A DNA stretch of 64,000 nucleotides from Felis catus (Eukaryota), in NCBI RefSeq assembly GCF_018350175.1, contig NC_058383.1:14386001-14450000 (forward strand). The letters run 5' to 3'. Positions 37,242 through 48,599 of the stretch are shown piece by piece (the stretch's first letter is position 1; the number at the start of each line of letters is the position of its first letter). The notes under the pieces are model-generated. The model was not told the DNA's origin, did no database searches, and saw only the letters and a list, made by a program, of their open reading frames with translations. A program made the position numbers and the translations under genes.

Positions 37242-37557
37242 AAAAAAAAATATTTTTAATCTTTATTCATTTTTGAGAGAGAGACACAGAGCATGAGCTG
37301 GGAGGGTCAGAGAGAGAGAGGGACAGAGTTCCCTACGGATTTTAATTTTTTTTTAACGTTTATTTATTTTTGAGACAGAGGGAGACAGGGCGTGAATGGG
37401 GGAGGGGCAGAGAAAGAGGGAGACACAGAATCGGAAGCAGGCTCCAGGCTCTGAGCTGTCAGCACAGAGCCCGACGCGGGGCTTGAACCCACGAACCATG
37501 AGATCGTGACCTGAGCCGAAGTTGCATACTCAACTGACTGCGCCACCCAGGTGCCCC
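37242..37557 (-). mobile_element. Can-SINE with a duplicated 3' end (two tails inside one TSD)
   Basis: TSD CATCTTTCTT at 37232-37241 and 37558-37567 encloses a full SINE plus an extra (CT)n/tail segment joined by CCCTACGGAT. Confidence 0.9.
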
Positions 37558-37924
37558 CATCTTTCTTCACTTTTGAGATATGATCGCTGAATCAAGGTTT
37601 TTGCCAAAATTCCCTTGAGTTTTGGGGGCTAAGTAGTCAAGGCAAGTGTGCCAAGCCCAAAGGGTCCCTGCAGGGAGATGCAAAATCGGCAGAGAGCCTG
37701 AAAATGATTCATAAACTCTCCTTGCAACCTAGGAACCTCAATGGGAGTTCTCACTTCCGTTGTCTCTGCTGGAAGGTTTTAAACAAGCGTAACACACGCG
37801 TGTCTCTGACCTCACGTCAGGTTGTCCTGTGAGCTGATCCCAGCTGGGAGTGCTCCATCAGACGTGGCCGGTGCTCCAGTCTTGCCCTTTGCATCAGCAA
37901 CAGCGAAATTAAGAATAGTGCTTA

Positions 37925-38365
37925 CGCTGTGTTATGGGGCATAACCAGTTGAACCCTGAATTGTAATGGCTTCACCAACAAGAGGTCGTTGTCGCTTATG
38001 TCACATGTCCTCTACAGGTAGGAAGCCACGCTGCAACCCCATAACGCTTCTCAAAGCTGTGGGTTCACTGAGCATACATTGTGTGTCTTCTTATTTGGGG
38101 GACCTTGGCCATTGTACCTATGTGTACGTCGTTATGTATTATGTGGTATGTGTTCTCCTTATGGAGGGGACAGGAGCAAAGACAGCCAAATGGCACCAGA
38201 GCACTTGAAGATCTCGTTTGAACGTGGCCTGCGTCACCTCCGTCCACGGGCCATTGGTCCAAGCAAGTCACACGACCAAGCTAATGGTCAGTGAGGTGGG
38301 AAGGTCCTCGGGAAAGCATGGTCAGAAGGGGAAGGATGTGAGCAGTTGTGTTCAATGAATGTAAT
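37925..38365 (-). mobile_element. MaLR LTR (MLT1J/K-like)
   Basis: AATGGCTTCACCAACAAGAGG...CCATTGGTCCAAGCAAGTCACACGACCAAGC. Confidence 0.7.
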
Positions 38366-39711
38366 CTATCTCCCTTTATAATTCCACTGCATCAGGGGGG
38401 AATTAGGAACCCTAGTGAACTTAGTTACCAAATGGTAGCTGTCACTCACAGCAAGGAAGGATTGTTTGGCTGGATGGGTAGATGGATGGATGAACTTACA
38501 ACAGAAAAAAATAAATGAGAAGAGGCTCGACAGCAAAAACACAGATACCTACGATTGAAACCCCGTGATATAAGATTGAATGTGAAAACGAACAAACAAA
38601 CAAACCGAGATTGAGTGTAAAAGAAAACGTAAGGCTACATATGACATGGAAATATAATGCGCCAGTGATTGAAATGGCCCACCTGGTGGCCAGGGCGAAG
38701 ATAGAATGATGGAATACCTAGCTCTCTTTTGGTGGTAGTGAGGTGTGTAAACAGACATTACGAGCGACAACTTCTCCCAGCTCTGGGCTGGGCTCCAGGA
38801 AGGCTCTGTCATTTGGTTCTTTGCGTAAAGGAATTGAGTGGTGCATGGGATAATACCCTCGGTGGATGAGGCATGCCGTGCACAACGCCTCTGGAAGAGG
38901 GGGAGGCGAGTCACAGCTAGGTAATTAATAATCCACGAATTTTAGTTATGTTTACCTGAGGATTTGCAAAGCTGATTGTGCCATCAAGAATTCATTGTTT
39001 CCAAAATGTTAACTTGAACACTTGGGCTTCTCTATGGAAGGCTTGTGAACCATAATTATGCATAAAATGTAAACAAACTTTTGTTTAGAAATAAAGATTA
39101 ATTGTGATAACGAACCTAGAAGCATTTGCTCAATGGTGAGCTTTGTGATGAGCAAGGTGAACAGGAACAATAATTAACAATAATTAATACTAATTAACAA
39201 TAATTTCTGGCTTAGCAAAGATACTTGGCTACCTATTTCTCCTACTTCCCTGGTCACCTCTCCCCTAACGACAGAGTTCCACTGAGAAGGCGGCAAGTCC
39301 TGGGTCCCTGCGGTCCCTTCAGCATAGTTCATATAACTCCTGATTACCCGGGTTGACCGAGGTTTGGTCTTAAAATGGCGTCATCTCTAAAATGTTAACT
39401 TCTAGAATTTTGGTTCGTCGCGAATTAACAGCAATCTGTGTTTGTCTGTGCGACACACACACGCACTCGGTTTTCCTAAAGACTTTTTTAAGAGGCATGT
39501 TGGGAGATGAACACCCCATTCCCCACCTCGGTTATTCTTAAAGTGTGCTCCAGGAACACACAGCACCTGAGCGCACCTGAGGCTCACTGTTCTCAACACT
39601 GATTGCACAAACCTTCGAAATCAGCGTCTTTTGTAGGAGCGCGGGAGTTTTATTTTTAACAAGCTCTCTCGTTGATTCTTAGGCACAGAGTAATCCGGAT
39701 CAGCATTGCCC

Positions 39712-39915
39712 AACACAGCTTCCGGTGAGGATGGGGACGTTCCATTTCTGCACCATCCAACACGGTAGCCGCACGTGGCCACGCGGGCCCTTCAGACGTA
39801 GCCCGTGCAGCTGAGTGACTCAATTCTTTATTTCATTTTGTTTTCGCGGAGGTATATTGAAATGCATATAGTTACACGTGGCTGGTGGCTGCCACTGCGT
39901 CGTTTGATGCAGAGC
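39712..39915. mobile_element. MER3-like hAT relic
   Basis: CTTTCCGGTGAGGATGG...TCTGCACCATCCAACACGGTAGCC...CACGTGGCTGGTGGCTGCCA. Confidence 0.75.
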
Positions 39916-40245
39916 TAGATGAGAAGTCAGCAGCAGTGACAGAGGCAGTAACAGTAGTCACAATAGCTGTTCTTTGTATGTGATCTGACTCTTGGGCTTT
40001 TTGAGTTTGCTAAGTACTTCCCGTATATTAACTCACTGAAGCCTCACAAAATTCTAGGGTATTTCCTAATGGCAGTGGGTCGGGCAGGGATTGCTCAGGG
40101 ACACAGCAGCTGGGCTGGGGCGGGGTGGGGGGACGGTTCCAGCAGAATATTACGGCACGTGCTTATTTCACCTGCGGACCCAGTGCGGGTGGTGCCAGGA
40201 CCTCTGATCTCCACTGGAGTTTGGCACTTCTGTCCTCCTTCACTT

Positions 40246-40470
40246 TTAAAAAACATTTTTTTAAGTCTATTAATTTTTGAGAGAGAGAGAGAGAGAGACA
40301 GAGCGTGAGCAGGGGAGGGACAGAGAGAGAGAGAGGGAGACACAGAATCCAGAGCAGGCTGGGCTGAGCTGTCAGCACCAAGGCCGACGCGGGGCTGGAA
40401 CTCGGGAACCGTGAGATCATGACCTGAGCCGAAGTGGGACACGTAACCGACCGAGCCACCCAGGCGCCCC
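40246..40470 (-). mobile_element. Can-SINE
   Basis: reverse SINE; TSD TGTCCTCCTTCACTT / TGTCTTCCCTCACTT. Confidence 0.94.
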
Positions 40471-43400
40471 TGTCTTCCCTCACTTCTTGGGAGATGCAGA
40501 CCCAGTTTGGAGGCAGGAGATGTATCCTGTTTCCTTCGCCTGACTTCAAGCCTCCTGCCAGTGTCTCCCATTGGCAGAATCTAATTTTATGGCACATATA
40601 ATCTGTAGAACCTAATTTAATCAGAACCTAATCAGAAATCTAATCAGAATATAATCAGGCAGAAGGGTCTGGAAGATGTCATTTGGGGACTCCCTGTCCC
40701 AGAATCTCAGTGCAGGGTTTAGAAGCTTGGTGCTGGGGGAGAATAGACAAAACGTCTACGTAGAGTTTTGCGATCAGCATTTCTCTGAAACTTCTGTGTG
40801 TCGAAATGTGTCGATGATGTCATCACTTTCCAAGCTCCACAGCGCAGGTCAGACAGTGTCTCCTGGGATGCTTGGATCTGAAGGACCGAATCTTGACTCA
40901 TCGTCAATGTCCACATTCGCTTCAGCCAGGACGTGTGCGCAGGTGTATACACGCGGTTGGGGGGGGGCGGCCAGCCCCTTTCACAGAGTCTTCACCCCTG
41001 TTTTGCTAATTGGGCTCCTCTCTGATGAGCCTCGGGGCTCCCTTCTGCAGACCTTGGAGCTCTAGAGACAGCCCTGAGGAACCTGCTCCTTGCCTTTTCT
41101 GCTGGTCCAGTCCTGTCCATAGTTCTCCAGTGTGCTCCTCCCAAGTGGGGAGAAAGAAAGGAATGAAAAATACACGGAAGCGAACGCGTCTCCTGCTACA
41201 CCTGTTTCAAGCTTCTGCGCTTCTCCCAGTAAAATCCCCATGGCCTTCACAGGGTCATTTCTGGCCTCCTTTTACCGGCTGTGTCGTACGGTTGCCTGGG
41301 TTGTGCAAACTCTTCCTCTTCGGAGCTGGACTAGACACGGCGTCCACCCCCATCTTCCATCCACAACCTCAGGCCAGGGAGAAGCATCGTCAACGCTCAC
41401 ATTTCTCTTTTACCCGACACTCAGACCAAGACATTGGGAAATGTATTTCTCGGTAAAAAAAAAAAACAAAACCTGACTTTTCTAAGGGACGCTCTCTTCC
41501 TCGCGTGGCTTGAACGTCCTCACGCGGACGTGAAGCAAAGGAGTGAGGACCGGGACCAACACACGTTAGCCACACGAGGAAACTAGCTCGTGGATTTAGT
41601 AAGCTGTATGGGAACAAAAATGTGTCCAGAATCGATGAAACATATACGAAGTGTGACGTCTTAGAAAATCAGGGAGGAAGGCATGAGACTATATATCCTC
41701 GTCTCTTGCAGTGGTTGATGACAGACTTTTTTTTTTTTTTTAAATTTCTGGTTTCTGTAAACAAATAACTTCAGAGCTGTATTCATTCTTGGAGGCTTCA
41801 GCGAGATGGTCTCTTTCCCTAGCACTGCAGAGCTTGTCCGCAGACGCTCACCCTCAGGAGACGTGCCAGGCAAGGTGATTGATTACGTGGGGTTGGAGTT
41901 GCCTGTCAGAGCCCATTTTCCATTATTCCAGGGGGATGGAAGGATGTGCGCAGATCACAGGTGTACTTCTGGGAGTGTTGTTCATGCAGCTCTGCTGGGC
42001 TGAGGTGGAATCATCTCTGTGCCCCAGCCCTGGGAGTTTCTCGGGTGCTTCAGGCATCGGAGGGAGAAGGATACAACCCGACATCTTGCTCCCCAAAGTG
42101 ATGAGGAGCCGGGCTGCCCGGCTGTCTGTTTCCCTCCATCTCTGAGGGCAGGAAGATAGTGTGGAAGGGACATAGAGCTTTCTTCCCATCATCCTTTAAG
42201 AGGGCAAGAACGATATTTCAAGAGGGAAGCCACATTTGTGTTTCTCTATCCAGCCCTACTGACTTGTGGTGAGCAGATATTTCTGCTGGATTCTGGCAGT
42301 AGGTGGCCTGAATCCAGGCTTTGGGACGATTAGTAATGTTTCTTTTCTTCGGCGTCTTCATCCATCTTGCTACCTGATGGGAAGGTGGCAAGAGGGGGGT
42401 GCGAGCCAGATGCCAAGTGACGTCTGAATCGAGCTCATGCTGTTCTTATTCTGCTATCTCTTTGTCCGGAAGGGTTACCCAAGATCATACTCCCTGACGG
42501 ATGGGAAGCCCAGATCATATCTGTATGGGAGAGAAGGGCCATTGAGTAAAATCGAGTGCATTCCCCTTAATGGGCATGTATTTTCACCTGTGCAGTAAAA
42601 GTGTGCAAAAATCCTATTTGGGGACCGTTAAGTGCTGCTATTTACAGATGATCGCGCGCACGATAAGTCATCCACTCTGTGGTGCTCCCTTCTAACATAT
42701 GGTCTGCTAATGACCACGCTGGCTGTGCCTCTAGAGTTGGGATCAAGCATCTGTGTTGGGAAGAGCGGTGGGCGGGAAACCCTTGGTCACGTGGCCATGA
42801 TTTCATTTTACCTGCTTATTAAGAAGACAGATGTCACTTCTGGGCCAAGTGTCAAGACCCGACAGGGTCACTTAGCAATTGGAATATTCGTCGGTAAACA
42901 TTAAGCACTTCTGCACCTGAGACTGATTTCCCCCAGGCAACTTAATTTGTAGAAATAAATGCATTTAATTTCTAGCAGTTGGAATGTTTGACTCTGCGTA
43001 CCGTAATGCTGAAGCCGTGTCTACGTTATGGCCCAGCCAGGCCATTATCGGGGCTTGTTTAGTAATAAAAATCAATGATTTCAGCTTAACGGCTCATTTT
43101 ATGACTCAACTGACTGTCTTAACCATCAGTCTATTTGGGCATTTAGCTATCAAAGATTAAAGACGAAGCATCAGTGACTGTGCATAGCAAGAAGGGTTGT
43201 TTATCAACTTTGGTCACTGCTCTTCTCACTAAGCTCCTTTCCCCAGAGATAACTAAGAAGGCTCGACATCATTAGTAGACGTGTTCATCCGGGTTGCTGA
43301 TTACACCCAACACTCTGCTTTTGGGAGGCCCCTACGTCTGGGCTTTACCCTTTTACCTGGCACAGGTTACCCAAGCCCTGGACGCAGCATGTTCACGTTC

Positions 43401-44348
43401 AGGTGGGAGCAGGGGAGACAGACTTTCAGCCTCGCGGAGCCTCTTGCATAATGGGCTGTGCACAGATATGGATAAGCTTGGAGTTACTTTAAGTCTGCCC
43501 TTGAAGGGGTGAGTAGTGGCAGGTGGTTGGCAAGACATGAACTTGGAAGAACAAGATCTTTTACGTCCTGACCCCACAAGGTCAACCCCGTCTTCTGGTT
43601 CCTCCTTCTTTGAGATACCCGCACAAGGACTCTACGCTCCTGTCCCCTTGGGTTACTTTGCAGGCCCTGAACGTATCCTGCCCATTGAAACCCCCTACGT
43701 CCCCCCTCTCCGTGAGCCCATGATCCTTCTGCTGCCTGGGACGCCCATTATCATATCACTGCATCTCTGCCTGGTGATTACTTATTTATTCTTTAAGGCT
43801 CAGCCTGACACCTCCTCCTTTTCACAGCTTTCTCCTGAATCAGTCACTCAGCGCTAGGACGGTGGTCTTCATCCACCTTTTATATTTTACGTTGCACAGT
43901 ATCACCTGATTACACATAACAAACCACGAGCTCTTCAATGGGGAGAATTGTGGCCTGTGTATCCTTGTGCCTTCAGTGTCTAGTATAGGGTGGTGCATTG
44001 AATGGTGGCCTCCCCAAAAGATAGGACCCCTGGAACCTGTGATTGTGACCTTCTGTTGAAAGGGGGCTCTAGGCAGATGTGGGTTCAGGATTTCTAGATG
44101 AGACCGTCCTGGGTTGTCTGGGTGGGCCCAAGATTGGACCGCAAGTGTTCTTACGGGAGACAGAGGAAGAAAAGACGTGGACAGAGGAAAGGGCCAGGAC
44201 TGGAGCTATGGAACCACAGGACAAGGAACGCCTGGGGCCACTGGAGGCTGGAAGGCACAAAGGCAGATTCTCCACGGGAGCCTTCAGAAAGGGTGCAGCC
44301 TGCCTATGTCTTGATTTTGGACATCTGGCCTATAGAATCCTGAGAGGA

Positions 44349-44510
44349 GGGGTGCCTGGGTGGCTCAGTCAGTTATGCCTCATAATCTCACGGTTCGGGA
44401 GTTTGAGCCCCGTGGTGTCAGTGCAGAGCCTGCTTGAGATCTCTCTCTCCTCTCTCTGCCCCTCTCCCTCTTTGTCTGTCTCTCAAAATAAACTTAAAAT
44501 TAAAAAAAAA
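44349..44510 (+). mobile_element. Can-SINE with internal deletions
   Basis: GGGGTGCCTGGGTGGCTCAGTCAGTT head, shortened body, (CT)n and A tail. Confidence 0.88.
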
Positions 44511-44517
44511 GAATCCA

Positions 44518-44735
44518 GGGGCGCCTGGGTGGCTCAGTCAGTTAAGCGTCCGACTTCGGCTCAGGTCATGATCTCACAGTTCATGGGTTCGAGCCCGGCG
44601 TCGGGCTCTGTGCTGACAGCTCAGAGCCTGGAGCCTGTTTCGGATTCTGTGTCTCCCTCTCTCTCTGCCCCTCCCCCTCTCATGCTCTGTCTCCCTCTGT
44701 CTCAAAAATAAATAAACATTAAAAAAAAATTAAAA
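44518..44735 (+). mobile_element. Can-SINE (SINEC_Fc-like)
   Basis: complete canonical element. Confidence 0.95.
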
Positions 44736-44741
44736 TCCGTA

Positions 44742-44942
44742 GGGCACCTGGGTGGCCCCGTCGATTAAGCGTCCGACTGCGGCTCAGGTCACGATCTCAC
44801 AGTTTGTGAGTTCGAACCCCAAGTTAGGCTCTGTGCTGACAGCTCAAGAGCCTGGAGCCTGCTTCAGTTTCTGTGTCTTCCTCTCTCTCTGCCCCTCCCT
44901 CACTCTCTGTCTCTCAAAAATGAATAAATATTAAAATGAAAA
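44742..44942 (+). mobile_element. Can-SINE
   Basis: GGGCACCTGGGTGG head through AAAAATGAATAAATATTAAAA tail. Confidence 0.93.
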
Positions 44943-47900
44943 GAATCCTGAAAGGATACATTTCTGATATAAACCACCCAGTCTGTGGCATTTTGTTACG
45001 GCAGCCCTAGGGAGCCAGGATATAGAGTGACTGATACAGAGTCAGAGCTTAGCTGTTAAATGAATAAACATCGATAATTCTGTATTTGGAGCACTTAACC
45101 GGTTAAAGATATTTCGGCGGAAAAGGGAAACTTCTGAATGTGTCTTCTGCCCACATTTTTATGAGCCCGACTGAAACCCCGAAATCTGAGCTCGAGCACG
45201 GTGCTCCTCCGTGAAGGACCACGTCGCCTCGTACGCCTTCGAGCCCACAAGGCAGCCGCACATGTGGGCAAATCCATACCCTCCGCTTCCAGCAGGGATG
45301 AGAGACTAAGAACTCCAGTTTGAGCCCTGCAGTCAACCTGACAAGACATGGCAGATTGCAGAACAAAAGTGCACAGGAGAGATCATCAATTAACCTAATA
45401 AAATTGATTTAAAGGCCTTTAAACTTGAGAGTGTGTTCAGTGCCTATGAAAGATCTTTCTAGCCCTTTGAAGTGATGAGATAAAATGATCAATCGCCCTT
45501 ATCAACCTCCCTTTTTTGGTAATGTGATGGCGGGAATAGCTTCTCCACTGTCATATTAACCCTCATTTTGTAAAGGGTCTCTACACTTTTCTTCGCTCCT
45601 GAGTGCTCGGGAGCTGAGCCCGTGAAACTCATCTCTCCCTCAGCGCTCGCCTCACGGTGCATCAGAGCGGCCGTAGGAAGCAGCACAGGACAAGCACTGC
45701 CCTTTCTCTTGGAGGTTTTCTTGGAGGCGGAGTTTTTAAAAATGCCATTCGAATTGTAAAAACAGGAAAAGGTTTGTCGTAAAAAATTCAACCCATATGA
45801 GGATTACGTAAGTCAAAAGCCCCTTATCTTCCTCCCTTCCTCTGAACAGTTTGGCACATAGACTTCCAGACGCTTTGCTTTATGCATTTACCAATATACG
45901 TGTGTGCGTGCGCGGGTTTCTGTGCGTGTGCGTATGCCCGTAAATATACATGACATCTACAAAATGCAGTACATTCACCAACCTTTTGTCCGACAGATAT
46001 TTTGATGGCACCTACGATGTGCCAAACTTGGAGTACCTCATTCCTATTATTTTGCAGCTTGTTGTTTTTTGTTTTGTTTTGTTTTGTTTTTTGCTTAATC
46101 CACCAAGGACACATCGTTAACTGGAATTTAGTTCCTCCTCCGTCTTTTTGGCAGGTGAGTGCCATCCTGTTCATCTTGCAAAAGAATTATTTACTGAGCA
46201 CCTACCATGTGCCAGCACTGTTCTAGGTGCTGGGCTTAAAGCAGTGCACACAACGGATAGAGGAGTCTGTCTGTCCCGTGGGACATTTTCATCAAGACCT
46301 ATTATTGACGGGCACTTGGTTATTTCTATTTTTTTCTCTTCCAACAAGTGCAATAGTCAATAGCCTTAAATGTATGCTTTGCTATTTCTGGGCCAGTTTC
46401 CCAGAAGTAGATGTGTTCTGTTCAATCACGTGAGCTTGATGGTATTGTAATTCACCAACTGGGAAAAGAGGTTCGAACTGCCCATCAAGACAGCACGCAC
46501 CGGTGGGCCATTTTCTTTCTTGGCCCATAACACCTGTCAATAGCTGCGTTATTAGGTCTGCCTCTCCTGCTTGGAATCCCCACTGTGCGCTCACCTGCCC
46601 TGGATTCTTGAAGCCACAGGACAGAGCTGTGCCAAGGGACCAGTGGTCACTTGCCACCAAGTGGTATGGAGAGTTCGTTCTCGGGTCTCCTAGACCCACG
46701 CAGCTCCCATTCATAACCCCCTCTCTCTGTGTAATCTGGACACTACGCTTACTCTTTCCCACCCCCTCCCCCCCGACGATGTGAGGAGAGATGAACTGGA
46801 GCCCCTTTCCGTGAAATCTTCCTGAGAACCCAACGCGATCGAACTGCAAGTCTGAAACCGCGGCGGGAAGGACAACCTCATTACAAATGCGACCATTTGT
46901 TGGCTTGCGTGTAATTTCTTTCTGAATTATTGCTGCTCTCTTATGAATACACATGGAGGCCCCTTTTCAGAGAGGACTTCTTTAAGCGGAAGGGTTACTG
47001 AGGAAAGAATGTGCTAATCAGGCCCGTGCATTCATTTGCTACCCGATAAGAATTTATGGAGTACTTACGAAATGGAAGACACTGTGTTAATTGCTGTTGA
47101 TGATACACCAGGGGACTAAAACAGGGGCACAGTTTTAGAGCAGGAGAATGAGATCATGTAGGTGAATGACTGCATGGTAAGGTGGAGGGCCTTAAACACC
47201 CGAGAGAGGTGCAGAACAAAGCTTGCTTCGAGGCCGCAGGAGGCAGACGTCACTTCCCTTGGCCATTGATGGCCCCGTGTCTCTGGCAGAAGCCGTTCTT
47301 CTTTAATAAAAGATAATGATAATCTCGAGAAGGTTATTGAGGTTGTCAAGGATGTAGTGGGGGCAGGATACACAGATCTGCGTTCTACATCCCCTGCCCT
47401 TTTGAGAATTAAAATATACCACAGGTATTTTTCAAGCAGATTTACCCAGGCTCCTTCTGCCAAGGTTAATGAATCCAGAGCCTCATCAGATTTAAGATCC
47501 CACCTGGCAGATGTGTTGAATCCCAATAACTTATAAATTTGAGCTATCAGAATAGAGAAATCAAGCCTGTTTGGTGTGGGAGGGTTTTTCAGGAATGAGA
47601 TGCCTGAGCAGTTAGTTGGTTCCAGGGTCTCCAGGGGGCAAATACTTGCCCTTTTAAAAAGGGAGCCCACGCTCCAGAAGAATGTCATTTTTCCTTGTCC
47701 TTTGTTCCAAGAGTTTCAGTGACTGCGGTTGACCTTTCTGCCCGTGGTTGGGGATGTATCTCATTCTGTGCCCCGCCTGTGAAACTGACCCTGGTATATT
47801 TCCCATCCAGGTCATTTCTCCCTAACATAGGAAGGAAATGAACGATGCATTCTCTTTCTCCCACCAAAAATGATCAAGTCCAGAGTGGCAGGAGTTCATT

Positions 47901-48144
47901 CGGAGAACGGGCTGTGGCGAGCAGTTTCCCCCTTTTTGCAAGCCAGCCTTGTCCTGTCGTTTATCCTCTGCAGCTGTGGGCTAATTCGGCCTGAGCAGGA
48001 AAAAGGGGCTCTCCACACCAAGGAAGGAGAGTTGCCTTGTGGTCCTGGCGGGGGGCTGTTGAGTTAACCCCGTGGACCCTAAGAGTCAGTTAATTTTGCA
48101 AAGTTTACCCTATTAGCATCCCAGTTGGCATCTGCCAGGGTCTG

Positions 48145-48310
48145 AAAGTATCTCCCTGCAAAGAGCCCAAATTCATACCTTGAAATCCTCCTGCCCAATG
48201 TGATGGTATCAGGATGCGGGGCCTTTGGGAGGTGATTAACTATAAAGGCAGAGCCTGTATGGCTGCGATGAATGACCTTATAAAAGAGGTTTGAGAGAGC
48301 CCCTTTGACT
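48145..48310 (+). mobile_element. MLT1A-like LTR 5' fragment
   Basis: CAAATTCATACCTTGAAATCC...CCCAATGTGATGGTAT...GGGGCCTTTGGGAGGTGATTA...CCTTATAAAAGAGG. Confidence 0.8.
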
Positions 48311-48599
48311 TTCAGCTTCATCATTGATGAGCTAGCGGTATGATTTTGTGCAAGTCCCTTAAATGTCTCTGAGCTTCCATTTCCATCCGTAAGGTGGGTA
48401 ATTTAATACGTGCATCTCCATCACGTGGATTCTTTGTGGATCAAATGAATTACACGCATTAACCTTGAAAGCTTTATTGATAAATTATAAAACTTTATTC
48501 AAATGTAGCACACTTAGTAATCTCCACTGTTGGCAACAGAGGGACATTGCCCAGGCTCCAGGACCTTGCTGGCCAGTGTTTCCATGACAGGATCCAACT

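Larger units (their letters stand above)
43991..45024 (+). mobile_element. MaLR solo LTR (MLT1C-like) carrying three SINEs
   Basis: TTGAATGGTGGCCTCCCCAAAAGATA...CCTGGAACCTGTGA...TTGATTTTGGACATCTGGCC [SINEs] ATACATTTCTG...CCACCCAGTCTGTGG...TTTGTTACGGCAGCCCTAGG. Confidence 0.88.

Noticed and set aside
38676..38693. Second CTCF-like motif (TGGCCACCAGGTGGGCC, minus strand)
   Set aside because: Mismatch in the conserved GGC part of the core; too weak to call without a matrix score.
40576..40659. Degenerate TAATCAGAA repeats
   Set aside because: Looks like slippage within an old LTR-like relic; no evidence of function.
44079..44711. 210-aa ORF and similar ORFs containing AQSVKRPTSAQVMIS...
   Set aside because: Read-through of Can-SINE and MLT1 sequence; the same peptide recurs at most SINEs.
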